This document shows positions 50,124 to 60,651 of a stretch of 64,000 bases of DNA, in pieces (position 1 is the first letter of the stretch; the number at the start of each line of letters is the position of its first letter). The translations under genes were made by a program, and so were the position numbers. The notes beneath the pieces are model-generated. The model worked only from the letters and a program-made list of their open reading frames with translations, had not been told where the DNA came from and searched no databases. The stretch covers positions 132,385 to 196,384 of the forward strand of contig JBEKIG010000002.1 in NCBI GenBank assembly GCA_050011875.1, given 5' to 3'. This DNA is from Nitrososphaeria archaeon (GTDB lineage: Archaea; Thermoproteota; Nitrososphaeria; JACIWG01).

Positions 50124-51797
50124 TTAGTCCCAGTCAAATGGAGCTGCAAGACAGATTGGAACATTGATAATAGTTGGTCGAGTACTTGAGAATCCCTCAA
50201 GGATAGCCTTTCGCAGTTTTTTAGGGTCTTCGACTTGAATTCCATTCACGCCGAAGGCTTCAGCAACTCTGTCGAAACGAATTTCCGAAGTTCTGCTAGC
50301 TATTATCCCATCTTCACCGCAAAATCTTCTTTGACCAACTGTCACAATACCCCAAGACCTATCATTGGCTACTACAGCAACGAAGGGTAGTTCCTGCCTG
50401 AGTGCTGCCTCCAATTCTGTGACCGTGAAACCAAATGACCCATCTCCTGATAGCAGAAGAACCCGTTTGTTAGGAAATACGAGTCTGGCTGCTATTGCCC
50501 CCGGAATCCCCCATCCAACTACTGCGCTTGCACCACAAGTAAGCCAGTTACCAGGGTATCTGTCATTAGCTAGTGCGATATGAGCCCATTGTCCTATGTT
50601 ACCACCATCAATAAGAAATATCACATCTTCGTTCAGGAGTGGTCTAATAGCATCCACAATATGTCTGCCTGTCAGAGGAGTGTCTGATACAGATTCTTCG
50701 ATCCATCGGGAATGGAACCGACGTGATCTTTCACGGGCTTCTTGTAGCCATTTAGTATGCGGGTTTCCACTGGCATGCTCAAACTGTTCTGCAATCTGTT
50801 TAAAGCCTTCAGGCAGACTTGCTAGTAGAGTAAGATTAGATTCAATCCCTTGCATAAGTTGACTGGGATCTGAGTCTATGCGTAATATCTGTGCATCAGC
50901 TTGAATTGCAGGCGATGATAAGAATCCAACTCGGTAGTCAACTCTAGCACCTGCCATGATAATCAAATCAGCATCAGCCAAGAGCCTAGGCTCCCCACTT
51001 GCTGCGCCGATAACGCCCATGAAATTTGGGTGAGGTCTATCAACGGAACCACGGTCCCAGATCGGGGTTACGATCGGTATTCCTGTGATTTCACTGAATT
51101 TGATCATCGCTTCCTGTGCATGTGCATAGAAGATACCTGTTCCAGCTACTAAAAGTGGTCGCTGAGAACCTTTAATGAGCTCAACGGCCTTCTTAACAAG
51201 ATCAATACTTGCCAACGCTGAAGGCATTACCGATAAATCCTGAAATCCACTCTTCTTTTCTAGGGTTATGTCCACAGTAGCCTCCATAACGTGGATAGGT
51301 ATTGTAAGATGGACCGGACCATATCGTCCAGATAACGCTGTCGCGAAAGCCTGTCTAATTGCAAACTGAAGATCTTCTATACGGTCGACCGCTCTCGCCA
51401 ACTTGCAGACGGGAGAGGCAAGGCCAGGCTGGTTGAGCTCTTGGAAGACACCTTTTCCAGAGCCGTAACCACGTGCAGCACCTGTTATCAAAAGGACAGG
51501 AGCCCCATCAAAGTAGGCGTTGACAATCCCTGTCAAGGCATTGGAATGAGCTACACCACTGCTTACTGCACACACTCCAACTTTGCCCGTTAGCCTTGCG
51601 TATGTGTCAGCCATATATGCAGCTGCCTGCTCATTATGAGTGTCCACAACTCGAAGTCCTGCTTTCTTGCAAGCTACAAAGAATTGGTCCAAGCCATTTC
51701 CGCATAATGTCGAAATCCATCCCACCCCATTTCGTTTAAGTTCAGCAACTAAGAGGTCAGATCCTTTAAATTCCATAATTGAATCCTCAGACATCAA
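50124..51797 (-). CDS. ThDP-dependent enzyme (ALS / 2-hydroxyacyl-CoA lyase-like)
   Basis: HNEQAAAYMAD, GRYGPVHLTIP, IDGGNIGQW, SGDGSFGF...ND. Confidence 0.85.
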   Translation of the reverse strand: MMSEDSIMEFKGSDLLVAELKRNGVGWISTLCGNGLDQFFVACKKAGLRVVDTHNEQAAAYMADTYARLTGKVGVCAVSSGVAHSNALTGIVNAYFDGAPVLLITGAARGYGSGKGVFQELNQPGLASPVCKLARAVDRIEDLQFAIRQAFATALSGRYGPVHLTIPIHVMEATVDITLEKKSGFQDLSVMPSALASIDLVKKAVELIKGSQRPLLVAGTGIFYAHAQEAMIKFSEITGIPIVTPIWDRGSVDRPHPNFMGVIGAASGEPRLLADADLIIMAGARVDYRVGFLSSPAIQADAQILRIDSDPSQLMQGIESNLTLLASLPEGFKQIAEQFEHASGNPHTKWLQEARERSRRFHSRWIEESVSDTPLTGRHIVDAIRPLLNEDVIFLIDGGNIGQWAHIALANDRYPGNWLTCGASAVVGWGIPGAIAARLVFPNKRVLLLSGDGSFGFTVTELEAALRQELPFVAVVANDRSWGIVTVGQRRFCGEDGIIASRTSEIRFDRVAEAFGVNGIQVEDPKKLRKAILEGFSSTRPTIINVPICLAAPFDWD

Positions 51798-51929
51798 CTG
51801 GTAGATTAATTAATAAGTCTTTCGTCTAAAAAATTGTAATATTTGACTAAAGCTATTATTAATTATCAATTTTAAATACTTTAATTTTTTTTAAAAAATT
51901 TAAATATTAGAATTCTTTAATGTAAGGAT

Positions 51930-53456
51930 ATGTCAGAAACTCAAAAAGTTCCGGAACCTCAAAATGTTTCTAGACGGAAATTTTTATACTATGGTATTGG
52001 AGGTGCAATAGTTATAGTTGCAGTAGGAGCAGGAGCTTACTATTTAACGCGTTCTACGTCAACTACAACAGGTACAACAGGTACAACTATCCCAACATCT
52101 GCAGCAACCAACATTTCCCCAACTACTACAGCAAGTTATCCGGCCCCAGCAGAGGATTCTATATATTTTGACATGTGGCCGTATCGTCCAGACTTGGTCG
52201 GCGCTAATGTAGCTCAATACGATTCAGAGTTTAATGATGTGGTCAATTACGCTGTCTTAGCGGGAGATTGGACAAGCCAAATTCAAGATAAACTTATTGC
52301 AGGATCGAAGGACCTTGATTGTGCCTACGTAGGCACTGCGAATGCAAATACATGGTACAACGCTGGCTGGATACGCGGTTTAGATGATTTGCAGGTTGAG
52401 ACAGTAGCTGGCGTAGATGTGGCCTACAGTATAGACGACATAAAGAACGATTTGACGGCACCTGCATGGGATTGTCTGCTTGCTGGTTCGACTAAAAAGC
52501 CTTGTTATTTACCTTACTTCGAATCCGCTTTCGGAAACATTGTGACTAATGAGAAGCTATTGGAGGCAGGAGGTTATGCGGATACGACGGCCAAAACATC
52601 CACATATCCAAAAAGCTATGAGGAGCTATATGCTCAATGTCAGGACATGCAGAAGAAGGGGGTAGCAGATAGCCCACTTCTAAAACGGTGGGGTAACGAA
52701 AGTTGGGAGATGGCTATGGTAGCCCAAATAGAATCTCAAGCACGTGGTGATCCTGTATTTGACTCGAACGGTGATCCTTCATTCGATGTTAACACACCAT
52801 ACGGTGATATGCTAAAAGATTGGCAAATGATATACTCGACAAAGCTTTGCCCACAAGGTGTGCTGAATATGACGGAAGGGGACAATATCACTGAATTCGA
52901 AACTGGACTACACGCCTATAGTGAGCAACACACATACGATTTGTTCACCTTCCAAGATCCAGCTCAATCCAAAGTAGCTCCAAACTGTAGCATAGTACCA
53001 CCTTTAACAACGAATTCGCCGATTGGCTATCTACTAGTTAATGGATTCTTCATTTCCAACATTAAAGAATCAGATCAAAGGCTTGCAAGGAAAAAAAGAT
53101 TTGCAGAGTTCTATACCTACAAAGATAGTACAACCGGCACTTTCTACAGACCTAAGAACTTTATGACAAGTACAGGAGTTGGTTCACCATACCCGAAGGT
53201 AATGAGTGACCCAGACGTAATATCCTTTGTGACTGCTCATGTCTACAGGCCACAAGATGCAACGTCAATGGGTCAACTGTTGGCGACTGCTTGGATGCCA
53301 GAATATCTAAAGTACAGTTGGAATAGTGAATGGGTAACCGACCAGCAAACTATACTTCAACAATGTGTTCAAGGGACAATGACCGTCACTGATGCTATAA
53401 ATGCGATGAGAACCGACGCTCAAAACCTAAAGAAGAAATACGGCGGAAATTACTAA
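51930..53456 (+). CDS. ABC transporter extracellular solute-binding protein (sugar-type)
   Basis: SRRKFL twin-arginine-like motif, hydrophobic anchor, Thr-rich linker; precedes two permeases and an ATPase. Confidence 0.8.
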   Translation: MSETQKVPEPQNVSRRKFLYYGIGGAIVIVAVGAGAYYLTRSTSTTTGTTGTTIPTSAATNISPTTTASYPAPAEDSIYFDMWPYRPDLVGANVAQYDSEFNDVVNYAVLAGDWTSQIQDKLIAGSKDLDCAYVGTANANTWYNAGWIRGLDDLQVETVAGVDVAYSIDDIKNDLTAPAWDCLLAGSTKKPCYLPYFESAFGNIVTNEKLLEAGGYADTTAKTSTYPKSYEELYAQCQDMQKKGVADSPLLKRWGNESWEMAMVAQIESQARGDPVFDSNGDPSFDVNTPYGDMLKDWQMIYSTKLCPQGVLNMTEGDNITEFETGLHAYSEQHTYDLFTFQDPAQSKVAPNCSIVPPLTTNSPIGYLLVNGFFISNIKESDQRLARKKRFAEFYTYKDSTTGTFYRPKNFMTSTGVGSPYPKVMSDPDVISFVTAHVYRPQDATSMGQLLATAWMPEYLKYSWNSEWVTDQQTILQQCVQGTMTVTDAINAMRTDAQNLKKKYGGNY

Positions 53457-53470
53457 TACGACAGAGATAC

Positions 53471-54382
53471 GTGAGAGGATTGTCGACTCAAAAGAAGAAA
53501 TCCTCTTCATCTTCTTTTTTAACTGACGAAAAGTTTGCTTTAATGTTAGTTATTCCAATAATAGTTTTTGAACTCGTTTTAGTTGCTTATCCCCTTTCTT
53601 ATTCCTTTTGGTTAAGCCTTAACAACATTATGTACGTTCACCGTTCTATCACATTTGTTGGCCCAAGTAACTATATAGCCGTAATCCTTGACCCCGGTTT
53701 CCTCGGCTACTTAGTTACCACACTGCGCATGACGTTTGACATAACTGTTCTGGTCATACTTGGAGGCCTTGGCATTGCCCTTTTACTAAATGAGACGTTT
53801 AAAGGTAGAACACTGCTCAGGATGCTCGTCCTACTGCCTTGGGCTGTATCTGAATATTGCACTGCGGTTATTTGGAGGTATCTATACAGTGAGAATTTAG
53901 GATTCTTCAATAGCTTTCTTTTAGCTACCGGAATCGTTAAAGAGAACTTTGTAATTTTGACTCCGCAATGGGCACCAGAATTTCTTTCCATTGCGTATGC
54001 ATGGCACTACACACCGTTGATAGTATTCTTCATTCTAGCCGGTCTTCAAACAGTACCTGAGGATTTATATCGAGCAGCAAGGGTAGATGGGGCTGGTGCT
54101 ATCAAGAGATTCCAAAAAATTACTTACCCTCATATTAGATATGCTATTATTATAAGCTTACTTTTGGCTTCAATGTCAGCTGCTATAGTAACAGATTCCG
54201 TAATTCTTCTTACTGGCGGTGGACCAGGAATCGCTACATCATCTCTTACATGGCACATCTATGAGTTGACCTTCAGAGACATGGAAGTAGGAATGGGTGC
54301 TGCGTACTCATATATACTTTTGGTAATCATGTTCATACTTGGAACGTCTTACTTCCAATTATTATTCAGAAAGAGAGGATGA
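53471..54382 (+). CDS. Carbohydrate ABC transporter permease (MalF-like)
   Basis: LAGLQTVPEDLYRAARVDGA EAA loop, LTGGGPG. Confidence 0.92.
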   Translation: MRGLSTQKKKSSSSSFLTDEKFALMLVIPIIVFELVLVAYPLSYSFWLSLNNIMYVHRSITFVGPSNYIAVILDPGFLGYLVTTLRMTFDITVLVILGGLGIALLLNETFKGRTLLRMLVLLPWAVSEYCTAVIWRYLYSENLGFFNSFLLATGIVKENFVILTPQWAPEFLSIAYAWHYTPLIVFFILAGLQTVPEDLYRAARVDGAGAIKRFQKITYPHIRYAIIISLLLASMSAAIVTDSVILLTGGGPGIATSSLTWHIYELTFRDMEVGMGAAYSYILLVIMFILGTSYFQLLFRKRG

Positions 54383-55272
54383 ATATGGTTAAGATAAGGC
54401 GGGTCATAATATATATTTTGGCCATAATCGTCGGCATTTGGAGCATTATTCCAATATATTGGTTCGTGAATTTGTCGCTTATGACGGAACAAGAGGTAGC
54501 AACGGTTCCAGTGCACTTTTGGCCTCACCAGCCCACTTTAGCGAATTACCTGAGGATGCTTGGATTTAACGCCACAGCGGCTGTAGGAAACCAGATAGTA
54601 TCATTTGCGGCAAGTGGCTATGCACCAGCGATTAGATTAGGCCTAATCAACAGTGCAATAGTAGCTACCTGTATAACCGCTATAACCTTGGCAATTGCCG
54701 TTCCAACCGGGTACGCTTTTGGAAGATACAAGTTTAGAGGCAAAAACGGGCTATTGTTTACCTTGCTTATGTCAAGATCGCTGCCTGCAATTTGTATAGT
54801 GCTGCCGTTCTATATATTATTCCAGTCACTCGCTCTATTGGGAACATTACAGGGGCTCATTATCATATACACAAGCATCACCATACCTCTCATGACTTGG
54901 ATTTTGATGGGTTATTTTGCGACGCTGCCAATTGAAGTAGAAAGAGCTGCAAGGGTAGACGGCGCCAGCCGTTTAAGTGCACTAAGAAGGGTTGTTATAC
55001 CCATGGCTGCTGCTGGCATAGGCACAGTTGGTGTACTGACCTTCCTAATATCTTGGAATGAATTTCTGTACGCTTGGATAATGAACGCAGGGACCCCAGC
55101 CCAGACCCTTCCACCAGTTTTTCCAGCAATGCTCTTTCAAATCATTGATAATACAGGTCTAGCTGCTGCAACTATAATCAGTCTAATTCCAGTCATAATC
55201 ATCGCACTACTTTTTGGGAGATACATAACCAGATTGAAGATTGTAGATCCTGTGATGGCTACGGGAGGATAA
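54379..55272 (+). CDS. Carbohydrate ABC transporter permease (MalG-like)
   Basis: LPIEVERAARVDGA EAA loop, SWNEF. Confidence 0.92.
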   Translation: MNMVKIRRVIIYILAIIVGIWSIIPIYWFVNLSLMTEQEVATVPVHFWPHQPTLANYLRMLGFNATAAVGNQIVSFAASGYAPAIRLGLINSAIVATCITAITLAIAVPTGYAFGRYKFRGKNGLLFTLLMSRSLPAICIVLPFYILFQSLALLGTLQGLIIIYTSITIPLMTWILMGYFATLPIEVERAARVDGASRLSALRRVVIPMAAAGIGTVGVLTFLISWNEFLYAWIMNAGTPAQTLPPVFPAMLFQIIDNTGLAAATIISLIPVIIIALLFGRYITRLKIVDPVMATGG

Positions 55273-55336
55273 GGAGGGCTTGAATAAGGTTGAAAAAGTT
55301 TATAAGAAGAATTATAAAATTTGGTGGTGAAAGGAA

Positions 55337-56437
55337 TTGGTTAAGGTAGTACTCGAAAATCTTACCAAGAAGTTTGGTAATCAACTTGTCGTAGATCAGG
55401 TGAACCTTGAAATTCAGGATAAAGAGTTCTTGGTCCTTCTTGGCCCATCAGGATGTGGTAAAACCACCACCTTGAATATGATCGCTGGACTTGAGCCTGT
55501 GACATCTGGGAACATCTACTTTGATGAAAATCTGATGAATGACATTCCAGCTGAAAAGAGAGACGTAGCTATGGTCTTCCAGAGCTACGCACTATATCCC
55601 ACTATGAAAGTCTTTGACAATATAGCTTTCCCTCTTGTACTTAGAAAGATGTCCCGAAATGATATCACAACTCAAGTAAATATGGCTGCTGAGATGCTCC
55701 GTATAAAGAACCTTCTACCAAAGAAACCCTATGAATTGAGTGGTGGAGAAAGGCAAAGGGTTGCATTAGCCAGAGCCGTTGTAAGACATCCTAAAGTCTT
55801 CCTCTTGGATGAGCCTCTCTCAAACATCGATGCAAAGCTCAGGGTGTACATGAGAGCTGAATTGATCAGGCTTCAGAAAGAACTCAAGACCACGATGATA
55901 TTTGTGACACATGACCAGGTCGAAGCAATGAGCATGGCTGACAGAATAGCTGTTATGGAGGGTGGCAAGTTAGTGCAGGTTTCCGATCCCCTTACGATCT
56001 TCGATCATCCTGTAGATCAGTTCGTAGCAGGCTTTTTAGGAACACCTCCAATGAACTTTATCGACTGCACATATCAAAAGAAAGGCGAAGAAAGCTACCT
56101 CCAGTTACCTACCGTAAAACTCAAGATAGACGCTGAAACAGCAAAAATCATTGAAGAGCAGACTAAAGGACAAGAGCTAATAATAGGTTCTAGGCCACAG
56201 GATATAAAGGTCTCCCAAGAGAAGGCTTCAGATGAAGACTTTGAAATAGAAATATACGCAGTAGAGCCTCTAGGGGCAGAGACTGTTATAGACATATGTT
56301 ATGTCGCATGTGGCTTAGTCTTTAAGGCTTCTATGGCAGGAAGGTTCAAAGCCAAAATTGGAGATATGATGTGGGCTTCTCTTGACAAGGGGAGAATTCA
56401 TATATTTGACAAAAGCACTCATAAGACACTAGTCTAA
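55337..56437 (+). CDS. ABC transporter ATP-binding protein (MalK-like)
   Basis: GPSGCGKT, VFQSYALYP, LSGGERQR, LLDEP, VTHDQ. Confidence 0.95.
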   Translation: MVKVVLENLTKKFGNQLVVDQVNLEIQDKEFLVLLGPSGCGKTTTLNMIAGLEPVTSGNIYFDENLMNDIPAEKRDVAMVFQSYALYPTMKVFDNIAFPLVLRKMSRNDITTQVNMAAEMLRIKNLLPKKPYELSGGERQRVALARAVVRHPKVFLLDEPLSNIDAKLRVYMRAELIRLQKELKTTMIFVTHDQVEAMSMADRIAVMEGGKLVQVSDPLTIFDHPVDQFVAGFLGTPPMNFIDCTYQKKGEESYLQLPTVKLKIDAETAKIIEEQTKGQELIIGSRPQDIKVSQEKASDEDFEIEIYAVEPLGAETVIDICYVACGLVFKASMAGRFKAKIGDMMWASLDKGRIHIFDKSTHKTLV

Positions 56438-56534
56438 TCGCTAACTTTCATTTATACATGTAAGTGCGCATTAGTAATAATCAAATATTTGATTAAAACA
56501 AATTCTTTTTAACATACAGAACCAAGGATCCCAT

Positions 56535-58421
56535 ATGGAAGGACAGTCAAGTTCTAAATTTGAATATGGTGTATTTGTAGAAAAAGATGTGATGATTCTT
56601 ATGAGAGATCGTATAAAATTGGCTACGGATATTTATAGACCAGCAATCAATGGAAGTCTCGCTGATGGAAGATTTCCTACGATTTTGGTTAGAACCCCAT
56701 ACAATAAGGAATTCCGAACCCAAGCAGATCCAGGGCTTCCTGGGGAGGGCGAATTCTTTGCTAAAAGGGGATACGTTTACATAGTCCAAGATGTCCGTGG
56801 CCGACATAAATCAGAGGGAAAATTCTACATTTTCAAGGACGAAGGCCCAGACGGATATGATACAGTGGAGTGGATAGCAAAACAACCCTGGTCAAACGGA
56901 AAGGTTGGTACAACAGGAACCTCATACTTGTCTTGGGTACAATCGGCTATGGCTGTTTATAACCCCCCACATCTTTGCGCGATGATGCCAGATGAAGGCG
57001 CATGGAACGCATATATGAGTTCCTTTAGGCACAACGGTTGCTTTGAGATGCGGTTCATGGGTTGGGCGTTCTTCGGAGCGGCCTCCAGCAAGGAGGCTCA
57101 GGTTGATACTGTTGCATATGACGAGCTCAGCAATACAGACCTTCGAGAGTGGCTGAAAAGAATGCCCATCAAAGAGGGTTATAACCCTCTTGCCATTGTC
57201 CCTGCATATGAAAAGTGGTTTTTTGACATATTTACCCATGGTGAATACGACGAATATTGGAAACAGAAGGGGTTCGCCTTCCAAGAGTATGTAGATGAAC
57301 ACTCCGATGTTCCTATATATTGTACAGGGGGATGGTACGATTCCTACACCAGATCAACAACAGAAATGTTTACCGATCTTTCAGACAAGAAAAAGGGGCC
57401 TATAAGGATGCTGATGGGACCTTGGACACACGGACCAACAAACAAAGAGTTAAGCTACGCCGGCGACGTAGACTTCGGAAAAGACACCATCATCGACTGG
57501 CTTGATTTCAGGCTACGCTTCTTCGATAAATATCTAAAAGGCTTGGACAACGGTTTGGATAATGAGCCTCCTGTAAAGATCTTTGTTATGGGTGGAGGCA
57601 GAGGCATAAGGAACAAAAATGGCAGATTAGATCACGGAGGTAAATGGAGATTTGAGAATGAGTGGCCAATAAAACGAACCAGATATACTGAATACTATCT
57701 TCACAAAGGTATGAAATTGTCTACTTCTCCTCCGACAGAAAATGATACCACAGGAACGACTTTTATCTATGATCCTAACAATCCAGTACCCACAATAGGA
57801 GCGAACATTTCTTTTCTCATTTATTTTGAACGGACAGAAAGGTCAATAGATATTCTAGAGAGAACGATTCCTATAGTACGGGCAGGTGCACTAAACCAGA
57901 TAGAAGGACCTGATATATTCGGTTGTACCAAACCCTATCTTCCACTAGCTTCACGACAAGATGTCCTTTCATTTTCTACACACCCTCTTGAGAAGGACTT
58001 AGAAGTTACAGGACCCATATCGGTTACGTTTTGGGTATCCTCTTCAGCTCCCGACACAGACTTCACCGCGAAACTGATCGATGTGCACCCTCAAAACGAA
58101 GATTACCCGTCCGGATACGCGATGAACATATCGGATAGCATAATGAGAGCGAGATTTTACAAGTCATGGGAGAAACAGGAGTTACTCCAATCAGGTAAGA
58201 TCTACAAGTTACAATTCAAGCTATATCCAACCAGCAACTTATTCGCAGCCGGGCATATGATAAGATTTGACATTTCAAGCAGCAATTATCCAAGATTCGA
58301 TTTGAATCCTAACACCGGAGAGCCCATCGGCCGCAGCACATACACACAACTAGCTAAGAACACGATTTATCATGACACGAACCATCCTTCACACATACTA
58401 CTGCCGATCATACCAAAATAG
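56535..58421 (+). CDS. CocE/NonD family serine hydrolase
   Basis: RTPY, QDVRGR, DGYDTVEW, GTSYL nucleophile elbow, GGWYD, GPWTH, ISSSNYPRF. Confidence 0.92.
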   Translation: MEGQSSSKFEYGVFVEKDVMILMRDRIKLATDIYRPAINGSLADGRFPTILVRTPYNKEFRTQADPGLPGEGEFFAKRGYVYIVQDVRGRHKSEGKFYIFKDEGPDGYDTVEWIAKQPWSNGKVGTTGTSYLSWVQSAMAVYNPPHLCAMMPDEGAWNAYMSSFRHNGCFEMRFMGWAFFGAASSKEAQVDTVAYDELSNTDLREWLKRMPIKEGYNPLAIVPAYEKWFFDIFTHGEYDEYWKQKGFAFQEYVDEHSDVPIYCTGGWYDSYTRSTTEMFTDLSDKKKGPIRMLMGPWTHGPTNKELSYAGDVDFGKDTIIDWLDFRLRFFDKYLKGLDNGLDNEPPVKIFVMGGGRGIRNKNGRLDHGGKWRFENEWPIKRTRYTEYYLHKGMKLSTSPPTENDTTGTTFIYDPNNPVPTIGANISFLIYFERTERSIDILERTIPIVRAGALNQIEGPDIFGCTKPYLPLASRQDVLSFSTHPLEKDLEVTGPISVTFWVSSSAPDTDFTAKLIDVHPQNEDYPSGYAMNISDSIMRARFYKSWEKQELLQSGKIYKLQFKLYPTSNLFAAGHMIRFDISSSNYPRFDLNPNTGEPIGRSTYTQLAKNTIYHDTNHPSHILLPIIPK

Positions 58422-58579
58422 AAGGAAAAAAATTCTTCACCTTTTCTTATTATATTAAGGGTTTTAGTAACATGCATAATGGCCAGTATGTACGTCTATA
58501 ACCCCTTTCCTACATCTGAATATTAACTACCTGATAATCAGATAGAATATTACGCAAGGCTAAGGTCTTGGAAATAAAA

Positions 58580-59593
58580 TTAAGGAATTATTACTGCTCT
58601 TCCTACGATCTTACCTTGTCTTAATTCGTCCAAGGCTTTGTTTACATCCTTGAGTTGATAACATTTTGATACAATTGGTTTGACTATACCAGCTTTGACT
58701 AGTTGCACTAGTTCTTCTAACTCCCAGCGCCTGTAACCGCCTTGAAACTCGACCTGAATCTTGTTCGTCATCAGATGATTGAAATTTGTCTGGAAAGATT
58801 TTGAGAGAACACCAAGGACGATGAGTCGTCCACCTGTATTTAACATCCGTAAAGAATTTTCAAGGGTTTTCTGTGAAGCCACGAATTCAAGGACCTTGCT
58901 TGCGCCTTTACGATCGGTCATCGCCTTAGTTTCTTTCACTACATCTTGTTTCAACCCATTGATTACGCCATGAGCACCTAGTTTCTTGGCTAACGCAAGT
59001 TTTTCTTCAGAGATGTCTACTACAAGAATTCGAGCCCCTGTAAGCTTAGCGACTTGTAATGCTAAAATACCTAAACCACCAAACCCGTAAACTACAATTG
59101 TATCTTCATAGTTGACTCCTGCGCTCTTTATCGCATGGTAGACAGTACCGCCTCCACAGGTCAGAGTAGCACCTTCTTCATAAGAGATACTCCTCGGGAG
59201 TTCTATCAAGTTCCTAGCTGGCATCTTAGCGTATTCCGCATAGCCTCCTTCAACATCGAAGCCACCCATAGTAGAGGCTGTACATTGTTCTTCAAGTCCA
59301 ATACGACAGTTATGGCACCTTCCACATACATATTGGTAGTCGACAATAACTTTTGTGCCCTTCTTAAGCCAGTCAACCTCCCCGCCTACATCAATGACTT
59401 GACCTGCCATTTCGTGGCCCAGCGTAATCGGAAAATATCCTGGCTTCATAGTTCCATCCTGAAAATGTAGATCAGTATGACAGACCCCACAGGCCTTAAT
59501 CTTTATCAAAGCATCGTGATTTCCAATCTTGGGAATATCAACTTCCACTAATTCTAAGGGCTTCCCAAATCTAACCAACCTTGCAGCCTTCAT
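58580..59593 (-). CDS. Zn-dependent alcohol dehydrogenase
   Basis: CGVCHTD, LGHE, CGRCHNC...C, GFGGLG. Confidence 0.92.
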   Translation of the reverse strand: MKAARLVRFGKPLELVEVDIPKIGNHDALIKIKACGVCHTDLHFQDGTMKPGYFPITLGHEMAGQVIDVGGEVDWLKKGTKVIVDYQYVCGRCHNCRIGLEEQCTASTMGGFDVEGGYAEYAKMPARNLIELPRSISYEEGATLTCGGGTVYHAIKSAGVNYEDTIVVYGFGGLGILALQVAKLTGARILVVDISEEKLALAKKLGAHGVINGLKQDVVKETKAMTDRKGASKVLEFVASQKTLENSLRMLNTGGRLIVLGVLSKSFQTNFNHLMTNKIQVEFQGGYRRWELEELVQLVKAGIVKPIVSKCYQLKDVNKALDELRQGKIVGRAVIIP

Positions 59594-59873
59594 ATCAATC
59601 GGATTCTTAATACACTTGTAATGATTGTTTAATAAACTTGTAAACCCATTAATTGCATTCACATTTATTTCCAGACTACTTTAGTCAAATTACACAAATT
59701 TTCATTATTTTGTCTTTTAGGATAGAACTTCTAATCCTTCTTGATAATATATTTCATATAGTTCTAAAAACATCTTCTGAATCCTATAATACAATAATAA
59801 AGCCCTCTGTAAATTATTTATCCTTTGATTGGGAATGAACCCATATATGATTGGTTCCTTTATCCGTCGTGCG

Positions 59874-60572
59874 ATGGCAGCAAGTAATCTAATAGTCATC
59901 GATAATATTCCCCTAAATTTAGATTCTAAAGAGTTCCTTAGCACCCAGAAGCTTAGAAAGGTTCAAGAAAAAGAAGTAGAAGACCTTATAGAAAAGGGAC
60001 GCCAACTAGTTGAACCCAAGGCGGTCTATTCGTTAATGAAGGTGGAAGCTATAGGTGATGATGAAGTCGACCTTGAAGGTGGATTTAAACTAGTGAGCAT
60101 TGTTCTCGCGGACAGACTTACAGTCCATCAAACGATTGCTCCTCTGGTAATCACAATAGGACCAAAGCTAGAGGAACAGGCTTCACAGTACGGTAAAGTC
60201 AGTCTTCTAAAATCCTTTTTCCTAGAGAGGATAGGAGATTTTGCCCTAAGAAAAGCTCGTACTAATGTGGAAGCACAAATCTCACAACAGTTGGGTGCGA
60301 GGATTTCCAGGTTCGAACCAGGAGGTGGAACTGGTAAAATCTTTAACATCGAACAGCAAAAAGTTCTTTTCCAAATACTTGATCCTGTCAATAATATTAG
60401 GGTACGCCTTTTGCCGAGTTTGTTGATGATACCTAGGAAATCCTCATCAGGCGTTTACGCCTCCGTAGAGGAACACTTTTTCGATTGCCAATACTGTCCT
60501 GCCAAATGTGATTATAGAAAAGCTGCCTTCACAGGAGAATACCGTAGAATTAAGCAACAAAAAACATGTTAA
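59874..60572 (+). CDS. Stand-alone methionine synthase reactivation-domain-like protein
   Basis: ITIGPKLE, RFEPG, QQKVLF, LMIPRKSSSG and C-terminal CQYC...CDYRK. Confidence 0.65.
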   Translation: MAASNLIVIDNIPLNLDSKEFLSTQKLRKVQEKEVEDLIEKGRQLVEPKAVYSLMKVEAIGDDEVDLEGGFKLVSIVLADRLTVHQTIAPLVITIGPKLEEQASQYGKVSLLKSFFLERIGDFALRKARTNVEAQISQQLGARISRFEPGGGTGKIFNIEQQKVLFQILDPVNNIRVRLLPSLLMIPRKSSSGVYASVEEHFFDCQYCPAKCDYRKAAFTGEYRRIKQQKTC

Positions 60573-60651
60573 AGACAAAAAAACTCCAGATGTAAAACTG
60601 GAATGATCGAAAAAAAAGTTACATTAAACTTTACTTTCATCAATCTTGATT

